From the NCBI GenBank assembly GCA_951406725.2, contig OX597814.1, positions 71,548,001 to 71,612,000 on the forward strand: a stretch of 64,000 nt of DNA, written 5' to 3'. Below, piece by piece: positions 37,867 through 55,805 of this stretch. The notes beneath the pieces are model-generated. The model had not been told where the DNA came from. It ran no database searches and worked only from the letters and a program-made list of their open reading frames with translations. A program made the position numbers and the translations under genes. Positions within the stretch are counted from its first letter, which is position 1. Every line of letters starts with the position of its first letter. Source of the stretch: Octopus vulgaris. Lineage: Eukaryota.

Positions 37867-38859
37867 ACCCACTTTTGTCTCTAATCTCATTGCTTATTTA
37901 CATCTGACGTCTCGATATGAAATGTTGTAGCAAAAGTCAGAGCTAGCTATAATTTTTATAGAATATCTGTAGAAACAACCTTAAAAATAATTTAACAAGC
38001 ACTGCTGATGCATATCTTGGAATACTTTTTCTAATGAGGGTTGTGTAGTTTGCTGCTCACAGAAACCATTGGGGTATAAATTCAGCCCTCAGACAAGAAA
38101 TTGATTGTATTTTCTAAATATGTGTGAAAACACTGATATGTAATTAACTTATTTGTATTTAACCTACTTGAGAAGTGAGAGTGATATGACAACAGATAAA
38201 AATTAGCAACAACAAGTAAAATGACAATTTCAACGAAGACCAATTTATATCCTATCACTAAATTTCATCCAAATTCATGCAAAAGTTGGATTTTTATGGT
38301 TTTAATACAAAAGTAACTACTTTTCATCAAAATCTGTAGTTTCTAACAGGATTGGGAATGCACTTGAGAAATTAAAGAGTTAATTCAAAATTATTTTCCT
38401 GCAATAGATATATATTGAAGAATAAGAAATAAGATTAAAACAGACTTAATTTTGTTAGTCTTTAATTCACTGAAATGCTAAAAATAATTTGAATATATTT
38501 GACTTATTTGACATCTGTTGTTTGCAAACACAAAGTGCTGACTGCTTTCATTTTAACTCACCACAAAAACAGAAACCTCCAGAATCAATTTATTCATATC
38601 AAATAAAATGCTACATTTCACTCAGAACTGAATAAAATTGTATGCAATTAACAAAAATTGACTCTATGTGTATATACAATAACCTGATAAATTTCCAATA
38701 GATTTGATGCTAAATAATTGAATTTTTGAAATGTTATGCATTTTACCAAAGTAAGCAATTAAATCAAGCTGTATTTTCAGGTGTGTGTGTGTGCATGCAT
38801 ACACACAAAGCTTATATATATATATATATCTGTAAATGTGACAACTATTCAGTAGCCAT

Positions 38860-38920
38860 GATAAAACTCCGAGTTTCAGATGTCGGGGTGGAAATCCAAG
38901 CCGCCATCTCTTCAGTTATC
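38860..38920 (-). ncRNA. Type-I hammerhead-ribozyme-like motif in the PLE pseudo-LTR
   Basis: GAUAA CUGAAGA GAUG-GCGGCUUGGAUUUCCACCCCGA-CAUC U GAA A CUC-G-GAG U U / UUAUC. Stem I is 5 bp, stem II closes G10.1-C11.1 and is extended, helix III is near-palindromic and the site is GUU; one extra U lies before G12. Confidence 0.65.
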
Positions 38921-39229
38921 CGGCCATCGGAAAAATGCTACGGAAATGAGCGTTAAATAAAGGGAAATTACTGTGTGATTGACCGTTATTAAGAAAAAAG
39001 AACTATTTGAATGACCGCTAAGTGAGGGGAGGGAGTAAAAGTAAGGGAGTAAAAATGTTCATAGTATTCGTGTAAGCACGCATGTCTATACCTACACGTG
39101 TGCCTGCACACTCATGTACATGCACCTGTAAGTATACACTCATCCACCCTCACTTGAAACACACACATTCTCACCCACACCATTCGCCAAAAAATATATA
39201 TTATACACAATCCCACACATACACACATG

Positions 39230-39680
39230 CACCAAAAAGGTTCACACACACATCTATATACGCACATGCACAAGAAAAAAACAGGGCTATGGGCAACAAT
39301 ACAGAAAAAAGTGTAAAGAAGTATAAATAAAACACGTCTATATACGCTCATATATGCACGCACATACTCATGTATATATATGCGCATACCCACACACACA
39401 TACATGCGCACACCAAAAAGGTTCATACACATGTCTATATACGCACATGCACAAGGAAAAAACAGGGCTAAAGGCAAAATGCAGGAAAATGTGTAAAAAA
39501 TGTACAAAAAACAATGAGTAAAACACATCTATATACACACATACTCGCATGCACACACACACATCCACACATGCGCACAAAAGATTCCATATACATGTCT
39601 ATATATGCACAGAGATAAAAGCAGGGTGGAAGGTAGAATACAGAAAAATTATGTGTAAAAAATATATGAGCATTAAAGCT
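39230..39680. repeat. Degenerate ~165-180-bp tandem repeat (about 2.5-3 copies)
   Basis: Recurrent GGTTCA(C/T)ACACA..TCTATATACGCACATGCACAAG..AAAACAGGGCTA at ~39239, ~39420 and ~39584. Confidence 0.7.
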
Positions 39681-39884
39681 ATAAAACAATTTCTCTATTA
39701 ATATGTAAAACATGTAAAACATATATGTATATATATATATAAATATAAGAAATATAAATAAAAAATATAAAGAGATAAAAAGCTTGAACGTGGACAAATT
39801 ATAGAAAGCAAGTCCTGTCTGTAATCTCGGGGGGACCAAAAACGTAACAAATATTTAGCCACATATGGGCACGATCCAAAAAGT

Positions 39885-40209
39885 TCAGTTCTTGAATTCA
39901 GGCATGTAGCAGGGGTCTAAGCTGCTTTTCCAGATGAGCCATCTTTCCATATCACAAAAACCGCACTTTCCACTGCCATTGGTGTAGGGCTTACAGTTGG
40001 TTAAGATCTTCAAATGGATGTTGTAACTGACACCTTTATCTTTTAAGGACCACATATGACTGGATAATTTGGTCGTTTTCCTTTTATCCCAGGGCCTGAA
40101 GCTCAAGGTGTGATTATTGAACCTGGCCTTGAAATTTACCCTCTGTAAGGCCCACGTATGTATTCATTGAAACCGTGTCTTTAGTGGATATAGAGTCCAC
40201 AGTGCTTCA
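39885..40209 (-). pseudogene. Penelope-like GIY-YIG endonuclease fragment
   Basis: NTYVGLTEGKF/KARFNNHTLSFRPWDKRKTTKLSSHMWSLKDKGVSYNIHLKILTNCKPYTNGSGKCGFCDMERWLI matches the PLE GIY-YIG pattern (YIGxTExxFKxRxxNHxxSF..T.LS.HIW.LK..CxLCxxE). Confidence 0.8.
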
Positions 40210-40349
40210 TAAACTCAGAGTTTTATCATGGCTACCGAATAACTGTCACATATTACATTTACAGATAAATTCCTCTATTTACATAATATCGAGGTCTCTT
40301 TCATTCTTTTGTTGTCTTACCATTTCGATCAATGTCAATATATATACAT

Positions 40350-40384
<35 letters not shown>

Positions 40385-40388
40385 CATA

Positions 40389-41943
40389 TCTCTTATTATA
40401 AAAGGCAGATTTTATCTGCCTCCCTTTGGGAGTTATACAAATCTACAATATAGGATTTCTTTAATTACAATTTACCTTGCATTTTTAAGAGTACAATGCA
40501 TTGCGTCATGCCAGGTCCAGTTTTTAAAATTTAAACTCCAATTAAGCAAAATTTACAGAAAACTCACATTCTGGTGTGTGTGTCAAATGCTTTTCTTAGT
40601 CTGGTTTACACCACACGCAAACGCACACACACAGTGGGCAACGAATAAAATGAAAGTAAATAGCGACAGAGTGATTTGAGGAAGCCTAAACTGAAAGTAA
40701 TTAAACCACTACTCAAAAAATAAAAAAACACAGCAAACAGAAACAAATAAATACATAACCATTTAGTCCTCACACAATTTCTTCAATTAGAATTTACCTA
40801 AGATTTTTCAAAGTACTCCATTCGCTCATGCCATAATATATTTCTTTCAATTTCACCCCCAATTAAGACAAAATTCGAGAAAACTCAATATTTTAACATA
40901 TCACTCCGAAAGCATTGATGTACATGTGTGCTTGCGAGAGTGTGTGTGTGTCATTCCTCACACACACGCATACACATACATATACAACTACATACAACTA
41001 CATACACATACAACTACATACAAACACGTGTGTGTTTGTTATTAGTAAAAAAGGCGCAAAAACACAACTCACTTATCATTCCAACACATTTGCAAAGACA
41101 CACGGAGGACAGAAAAGGTAAATTGGTTTTTATTTTACTCTGTATATATTTTATTATATAATATTATATATAGATATATGTATACATAATTGCAGTATGA
41201 AACAGTGTTTATGTATAAACAGACGACACTTATATATAGTTACCAAGCCGCCCGAATTTACCTATTCATATTTAAATGAGAATATCAGAGCAAATCTCTT
41301 TAGTACGTTCGTGAAAACACGTATTATACTTCGTAAACACTTCCAACTACAGTTTTGTACAAAAATCGAAGTGTAATTTTAATTCCGTGAATTATGGGAG
41401 ATTTTTTTCCGAAATTTGTTCCTATTGTGTTTTCAAAATTTGTAATTCTGACAAAAAATGGATACGAATTTCATTATATCAAGCAGCGAGTCAGAATTCG
41501 AAGGATTTTCTACTGAAGACCTTCATAAATCTAACTCTATGACTGAAAAAAAAAAAAAGCATCTTTATATAAGAGTGAAGTTGTGTGTCTGTCTCCTACG
41601 ATTTCGATTCCTAACTACTCCCACATTTTGCGGTGCAGTTTAACCAAAAGCGGGTATCTTATAGTCGTGATTCATATCGAGCCCTTCTGGGTATTAGCGT
41701 GCGTCTACGATGAGTCTACGATTTAAAAAAAATTTACCATCATATTTTTCCATTTTAATGCATTTTTTTCCTTTTATATAAGGAAGTAACTCTCTAAAAA
41801 TATCTACGATGTGTCAACGATTTAAAAAATATTTACCTTAATTTTTTTTCAATTTTTAATGCATTTTTTTGGCTATAACTCTCTAAAAATGCTTATATAG
41901 TTATTTCCCTTACAACCCCGAGCAACGCCGGGCGATACTGCTA
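40389..41943 (+). mobile_element. Non-autonomous Helitron (long form; shorter nested form 41562-41943)
   Basis: 3' hairpin CCCGAGCAACGCCGGG followed by CGATACTGCTA, cut by the gap where CTAG is expected; two candidate A^TC 5' ends, TCTCTTATTATAAAAGGCAG at 40389 and TCTTTATATAAGAG at 41562. Confidence 0.65.
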
Positions 41944-42043
41944 NNNNNNNNNNNNNNNNNNNNNNNNNNNNNNNNNNNNNNNNNNNNNNNNNNNNNNNNN
42001 NNNNNNNNNNNNNNNNNNNNNNNNNNNNNNNNNNNNNNNNNNN
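41944..42043. other. Assembly gap (100 N); further 100-N gaps at 48753-48852, 55806-55905, 58165-58264 and 61053-61152
   Basis: Runs of N in the sequence. Confidence 1.
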
Positions 42044-48605
<6,562 letters not shown>

Positions 48606-48606
<1 letters not shown>

Positions 48607-48660
48607 TTATTATCTTGTACTTGTTTCAGTCATTGGACTGAGGCCATACTGAGCACTACC
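48606..48660 (-). mobile_element. SINE 3' tail fragment
   Basis: CTTGTTTCAGTCATTGGACTGAGGCCATACTGAGCAC is the reverse complement of the SINE tail seen at 890-930. Confidence 0.7.
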
Positions 48661-48852
48661 CTGAAGAATTTTTATTCGAGTGAAGGGATGGGGCCTCGAA
48701 ACAAAAAGTTGCAGGGAGCCTCTAGTACTTATTTTTTTTTTAAAAGATTGATNNNNNNNNNNNNNNNNNNNNNNNNNNNNNNNNNNNNNNNNNNNNNNNN
48801 NNNNNNNNNNNNNNNNNNNNNNNNNNNNNNNNNNNNNNNNNNNNNNNNNNNN

Positions 48853-51800
48853 CAAAACAACATTTCTATCTTCAGCTCAGAAACTCCTTGGTTTGGATTT
48901 GGAAACACTGAAAGTAAGAACATACCCTTTCGAAGATCCGCTCGTAACTAACAGTGCCAACAAACCCAAAATAAGCAAGTGAAGAATTTCTGTTCTCCCC
49001 TTTCCACCAGCGTGGGTTAAAATCATCAAACGCTATGCTTATTTCGGTAAAATCCGAAGCATTAATTAGAGGGAGATTAATTATAATTTCAACAATTGAG
49101 GGTAAAATTAATTAATTATTAATCAATTTCACCAAGTGTTCAGTATGCAAAGGGACCATTTAAGGCGAATTCAAATTATTACATTATATAAAAGGGCTTA
49201 GTAAAATAAATTACTTCGCCGCATACTGAACTCATTAGAAATAGCAGCTAAAAAACTTTTTTAAAGCTATTTCTAATACTTAAAGAAAATCTCTCTCATA
49301 TATAGTGTTTGCTTAATTCAACTCACAAAAGTTTGGGGGTAAGGACATCAAAAAATCAAATGCTAAGGTTATTTGAGTACGTACGTTTCAAGATTAGTCA
49401 AAACAACATTTCTATCTTCAGCTCAGAAACTCCTTGGTTTGGATTTGGAAACACTGAAAGTAAGAACATACCCTTTCGAAGATCCGCTCGTAACTAACAG
49501 TGCCAACAAACCCAAAATAAGCAAGTGAAGAATTTCTGTTCTCCCCTTTCCACCAGCGTGGGTTAAAATCATCAAACGCTATGCTTATTTCGGTAAAATC
49601 CGAAGCATTAATTAGAGGGAGATTAATTATAATTTCAACAATTGAGGGTAAAATTAATTAATTATTAATCAATTTCACCAAGTGTTCAGTATGCAAAGGG
49701 ACCATTTAAGGCGAATTCAAATTATTACATTATATAAAAGGGCTTAGTAAAATAAATTACTTCGCCGCATACTGAACTCATTAGAAATAGCAGCTAAAAA
49801 ACTTTTTTAAAGCTATTTCTAATACTTAAAGAAAATCTCTCTCATATATAGTGTTTGCTTAATTCAACTCACAAAAGTTTGGGGGTAAGGACATCAAAAA
49901 ATCAAATGCTAAGGTTATTTGAGTACGTACGTTTCAAGATTAGTCAAAACAACATTTCTATCTTCAGCTCAGAAACTCCTTGGTTTGGATTTGGAAACAC
50001 TGAAAGTAAGAACATACCCTTTCGAAGATCCGCTCGTAACTAACAGTGCCAACAAACCCAAAATAAGCAAGTGAAGAATTTCTGTTCTCCCCTTTCCACC
50101 AGCGTGGGTTAAAATCATCAAACGCTATGCTTATTTCGGTAAAATCCGAAGCATTAATTAGAGGGAGATTAATTATAATTTCAACAATTGAGGGTAAAAT
50201 TAATTAATTATTAATCAATTTCACCAAGTGTTCAGTATGCAAAGGGACCATTTAAGGCGAATTCAAATTATTACATTATATAAAAGGGCTTAGTAAAATA
50301 AATTACTTCGCCGCATACTGAACTCATTAGAAATAGCAGCTAAAAAACTTTTTTAAAGCTATTTCTAATACTTAAAGAAAATCTCTCTCATATATAGTGT
50401 TTGCTTAATTCAACTCACAAAAGTTTGGGGGTAAGGACATCAAAAAATCAAATGCTAAGGTTATTTGAGTACGTACGTTTCAAGATTAGTCAAAACAACA
50501 TTTCTATCTTCAGCTCAGAAACTCCTTGGTTTGGATTTGGAAACACTGAAAGTAAGAACATACCCTTTCGAAGATCCGCTCGTAACTAACAGTGCCAACA
50601 AACCCAAAATAAGCAAGTGAAGAATTTCTGTTCTCCCCTTTCCACCAGCGTGGGTTAAAATCATCAAACGCTATGCTTATTTCGGTAAAATCCGAAGCAT
50701 TAATTAGAGGGAGATTAATTATAATTTCAACAATTGAGGGTAAAATTAATTAATTATTAATCAATTTCACCAAGTGTTCAGTATGCAAAGGGACCATTTA
50801 AGGCGAATTCAAATTATTACATTATATAAAAGGGCTTAGTAAAATAAATTACTTCGCCGCATACTGAACTCATTAGAAATAGCAGCTAAAAAACTTTTTT
50901 AAAGCTATTTCTAATACTTAAAGAAAATCTCTCTCATATATAGTGTTTGCTTAATTCAACTCACAAAAGTTTGGGGGTAAGGACATCAAAAAATCAAATG
51001 CTAAGGTTATTTGAGTACGTACGTTTCAAGATTAGTCAAAACAACATTTCTATCTTCAGCTCAGAAACTCCTTGGTTTGGATTTGGAAACACTGAAAGTA
51101 AGAACATACCCTTTCGAAGATCCGCTCGTAACTAACAGTGCCAACAAACCCAAAATAAGCAAGTGAAGAATTTCTGTTCTCCCCTTTCCACCAGCGTGGG
51201 TTAAAATCATCAAACGCTATGCTTATTTCGGTAAAATCCGAAGCATTAATTAGAGGGAGATTAATTATAATTTCAACAATTGAGGGTAAAATTAATTAAT
51301 TATTAATCAATTTCACCAAGTGTTCAGTATGCAAAGGGACCATTTAAGGCGAATTCAAATTATTACATTATATAAAAGGGCTTAGTAAAATAAATTACTT
51401 CGCCGCATACTGAACTCATTAGAAATAGCAGCTAAAAAACTTTTTTAAAGCTATTTCTAATACTTAAAGAAAATCTCTCTCATATATAGTGTTTGCTTAA
51501 TTCAACTCACAAAAGTTTGGGGGTAAGGACATCAAAAAATCAAATGCTAAGGTTATTTGAGTACGTACGTTTCAAGATTAGTCAAAACAACATTTCTATC
51601 TTCAGCTCAGAAACTCCTTGGTTTGGATTTGGAAACACTGAAAGTAAGAACATACCCTTTCGAAGATCCGCTCGTAACTAACAGTGCCAACAAACCCAAA
51701 ATAAGCAAGTGAAGAATTTCTGTTCTCCCCTTTCCACCAGCGTGGGTTAAAATCATCAAACGCTATGCTTATTTCGGTAAAATCCGAAGCATTAATTAGA

Positions 51801-54800
51801 GGGAGATTAATTATAATTTCAACAATTGAGGGTAAAATTAATTAATTATTAATCAATTTCACCAAGTGTTCAGTATGCAAAGGGACCATTTAAGGCGAAT
51901 TCAAATTATTACATTATATAAAAGGGCTTAGTAAAATAAATTACTTCGCCGCATACTGAACTCATTAGAAATAGCAGCTAAAAAACTTTTTTAAAGCTAT
52001 TTCTAATACTTAAAGAAAATCTCTCTCATATATAGTGTTTGCTTAATTCAACTCACAAAAGTTTGGGGGTAAGGACATCAAAAAATCAAATGCTAAGGTT
52101 ATTTGAGTACGTACGTTTCAAGATTAGTCAAAACAACATTTCTATCTTCAGCTCAGAAACTCCTTGGTTTGGATTTGGAAACACTGAAAGTAAGAACATA
52201 CCCTTTCGAAGATCCGCTCGTAACTAACAGTGCCAACAAACCCAAAATAAGCAAGTGAAGAATTTCTGTTCTCCCCTTTCCACCAGCGTGGGTTAAAATC
52301 ATCAAACGCTATGCTTATTTCGGTAAAATCCGAAGCATTAATTAGAGGGAGATTAATTATAATTTCAACAATTGAGGGTAAAATTAATTAATTATTAATC
52401 AATTTCACCAAGTGTTCAGTATGCAAAGGGACCATTTAAGGCGAATTCAAATTATTACATTATATAAAAGGGCTTAGTAAAATAAATTACTTCGCCGCAT
52501 ACTGAACTCATTAGAAATAGCAGCTAAAAAACTTTTTTAAAGCTATTTCTAATACTTAAAGAAAATCTCTCTCATATATAGTGTTTGCTTAATTCAACTC
52601 ACAAAAGTTTGGGGGTAAGGACATCAAAAAATCAAATGCTAAGGTTATTTGAGTACGTACGTTTCAAGATTAGTCAAAACAACATTTCTATCTTCAGCTC
52701 AGAAACTCCTTGGTTTGGATTTGGAAACACTGAAAGTAAGAACATACCCTTTCGAAGATCCGCTCGTAACTAACAGTGCCAACAAACCCAAAATAAGCAA
52801 GTGAAGAATTTCTGTTCTCCCCTTTCCACCAGCGTGGGTTAAAATCATCAAACGCTATGCTTATTTCGGTAAAATCCGAAGCATTAATTAGAGGGAGATT
52901 AATTATAATTTCAACAATTGAGGGTAAAATTAATTAATTATTAATCAATTTCACCAAGTGTTCAGTATGCAAAGGGACCATTTAAGGCGAATTCAAATTA
53001 TTACATTATATAAAAGGGCTTAGTAAAATAAATTACTTCGCCGCATACTGAACTCATTAGAAATAGCAGCTAAAAAACTTTTTTAAAGCTATTTCTAATA
53101 CTTAAAGAAAATCTCTCTCATATATAGTGTTTGCTTAATTCAACTCACAAAAGTTTGGGGGTAAGGACATCAAAAAATCAAATGCTAAGGTTATTTGAGT
53201 ACGTACGTTTCAAGATTAGTCAAAACAACATTTCTATCTTCAGCTCAGAAACTCCTTGGTTTGGATTTGGAAACACTGAAAGTAAGAACATACCCTTTCG
53301 AAGATCCGCTCGTAACTAACAGTGCCAACAAACCCAAAATAAGCAAGTGAAGAATTTCTGTTCTCCCCTTTCCACCAGCGTGGGTTAAAATCATCAAACG
53401 CTATGCTTATTTCGGTAAAATCCGAAGCATTAATTAGAGGGAGATTAATTATAATTTCAACAATTGAGGGTAAAATTAATTAATTATTAATCAATTTCAC
53501 CAAGTGTTCAGTATGCAAAGGGACCATTTAAGGCGAATTCAAATTATTACATTATATAAAAGGGCTTAGTAAAATAAATTACTTCGCCGCATACTGAACT
53601 CATTAGAAATAGCAGCTAAAAAACTTTTTTAAAGCTATTTCTAATACTTAAAGAAAATCTCTCTCATATATAGTGTTTGCTTAATTCAACTCACAAAAGT
53701 TTGGGGGTAAGGACATCAAAAAATCAAATGCTAAGGTTATTTGAGTACGTACGTTTCAAGATTAGTCAAAACAACATTTCTATCTTCAGCTCAGAAACTC
53801 CTTGGTTTGGATTTGGAAACACTGAAAGTAAGAACATACCCTTTCGAAGATCCGCTCGTAACTAACAGTGCCAACAAACCCAAAATAAGCAAGTGAAGAA
53901 TTTCTGTTCTCCCCTTTCCACCAGCGTGGGTTAAAATCATCAAACGCTATGCTTATTTCGGTAAAATCCGAAGCATTAATTAGAGGGAGATTAATTATAA
54001 TTTCAACAATTGAGGGTAAAATTAATTAATTATTAATCAATTTCACCAAGTGTTCAGTATGCAAAGGGACCATTTAAGGCGAATTCAAATTATTACATTA
54101 TATAAAAGGGCTTAGTAAAATAAATTACTTCGCCGCATACTGAACTCATTAGAAATAGCAGCTAAAAAACTTTTTTAAAGCTATTTCTAATACTTAAAGA
54201 AAATCTCTCTCATATATAGTGTTTGCTTAATTCAACTCACAAAAGTTTGGGGGTAAGGACATCAAAAAATCAAATGCTAAGGTTATTTGAGTACGTACGT
54301 TTCAAGATTAGTCAAAACAACATTTCTATCTTCAGCTCAGAAACTCCTTGGTTTGGATTTGGAAACACTGAAAGTAAGAACATACCCTTTCGAAGATCCG
54401 CTCGTAACTAACAGTGCCAACAAACCCAAAATAAGCAAGTGAAGAATTTCTGTTCTCCCCTTTCCACCAGCGTGGGTTAAAATCATCAAACGCTATGCTT
54501 ATTTCGGTAAAATCCGAAGCATTAATTAGAGGGAGATTAATTATAATTTCAACAATTGAGGGTAAAATTAATTAATTATTAATCAATTTCACCAAGTGTT
54601 CAGTATGCAAAGGGACCATTTAAGGCGAATTCAAATTATTACATTATATAAAAGGGCTTAGTAAAATAAATTACTTCGCCGCATACTGAACTCATTAGAA
54701 ATAGCAGCTAAAAAACTTTTTTAAAGCTATTTCTAATACTTAAAGAAAATCTCTCTCATATATAGTGTTTGCTTAATTCAACTCACAAAAGTTTGGGGGT

Positions 54801-55805
54801 AAGGACATCAAAAAATCAAATGCTAAGGTTATTTGAGTACGTACGTTTCAAGATTAGTCAAAACAACATTTCTATCTTCAGCTCAGAAACTCCTTGGTTT
54901 GGATTTGGAAACACTGAAAGTAAGAACATACCCTTTCGAAGATCCGCTCGTAACTAACAGTGCCAACAAACCCAAAATAAGCAAGTGAAGAATTTCTGTT
55001 CTCCCCTTTCCACCAGCGTGGGTTAAAATCATCAAACGCTATGCTTATTTCGGTAAAATCCGAAGCATTAATTAGAGGGAGATTAATTATAATTTCAACA
55101 ATTGAGGGTAAAATTAATTAATTATTAATCAATTTCACCAAGTGTTCAGTATGCAAAGGGACCATTTAAGGCGAATTCAAATTATTACATTATATAAAAG
55201 GGCTTAGTAAAATAAATTACTTCGCCGCATACTGAACTCATTAGAAATAGCAGCTAAAAAACTTTTTTAAAGCTATTTCTAATACTTAAAGAAAATCTCT
55301 CTCATATATAGTGTTTGCTTAATTCAACTCACAAAAGTTTGGGGGTAAGGACATCAAAAAATCAAATGCTAAGGTTATTTGAGTACGTACGTTTCAAGAT
55401 TAGTCAAAACAACATTTCTATCTTCAGCTCAGAAACTCCTTGGTTTGGATTTGGAAACACTGAAAGTAAGAACATACCCTTTCGAAGATCCGCTCGTAAC
55501 TAACAGTGCCAACAAACCCAAAATAAGCAAGTGAAGAATTTCTGTTCTCCCCTTTCCACCAGCGTGGGTTAAAATCATCAAACGCTATGCTTATTTCGGT
55601 AAAATCCGAAGCATTAATTAGAGGGAGATTAATTATAATTTCAACAATTGAGGGTAAAATTAATTAATTATTAATCAATTTCACCAAGTGTTCAGTATGC
55701 AAAGGGACCATTTAAGGCGAATTCAAATTATTACATTATATAAAAGGGCTTAGTAAAATAAATTACTTCGCCGCATACTGAACTCATTAGAAATAGCAGC
55801 TAAAA
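48853..55805. repeat. Tandem array of a 546-bp monomer, ~12.7 copies, no differences noticed between copies; candidate retrozyme or ribozyme-bearing satellite
   Basis: The ORF track repeats an identical 62-aa frame every 546 bp (49309...55315); 6953 bp / 546 = 12.7; N gaps on both sides. Confidence 0.97.
49374..49425 (-). ncRNA. Type-I hammerhead-ribozyme-like motif, first of 12 complete copies (add 546 for each next copy; last starts at 55380)
   Basis: Minus strand UGAG CUGAAGA UAGAAAUGUUGUUUUGACUAAUCUU GAAA C GUAC G UA / CUCA. Core CUGANGA and GAAA present; helix III is A-U plus C-G closed by palindromic GUAC; GUA cleavage triplet; stem I UGAG/CUCA. Stem II is imperfect (U.U base, AGA/UCU, 3x3 internal loop, GUU/GAC). 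Confidence 0.6.

Larger units (their letters stand above)
37378..37989. repeat. Foldback element: two ~244-bp inverted arms with a 124-bp spacer, likely inverted PLE pseudo-LTRs
   Basis: 37378-37621 is the reverse complement of 37746-37989 at roughly 85-90% identity (estimated by eye); each arm contains a hammerhead-like motif. Confidence 0.85.
38828..40338 (-). mobile_element. 5'-truncated Penelope-like element with inverted pseudo-LTR
   Basis: GIY-YIG fragment on the minus strand flanked by inverted copies of one repeat (38828-38876 vs 40211-40266); that repeat contains a hammerhead-like motif. Confidence 0.6.

Noticed and set aside
49309-55503. 62-aa ORF repeated 12 times as a tandem gene family
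   Set aside because: Starts at TTG, is short, has no recognisable motif, lies antisense to the hammerhead-like motif, and is a by-product of the repeat.
48853-55805. CRISPR array, rDNA/5S or histone repeat interpretation of the tandem array
   Set aside because: Monomers are identical with no unique spacers and no cas genes, and the context is eukaryotic. No 5S, tRNA, snRNA or histone sequence was recognisable in the unit.
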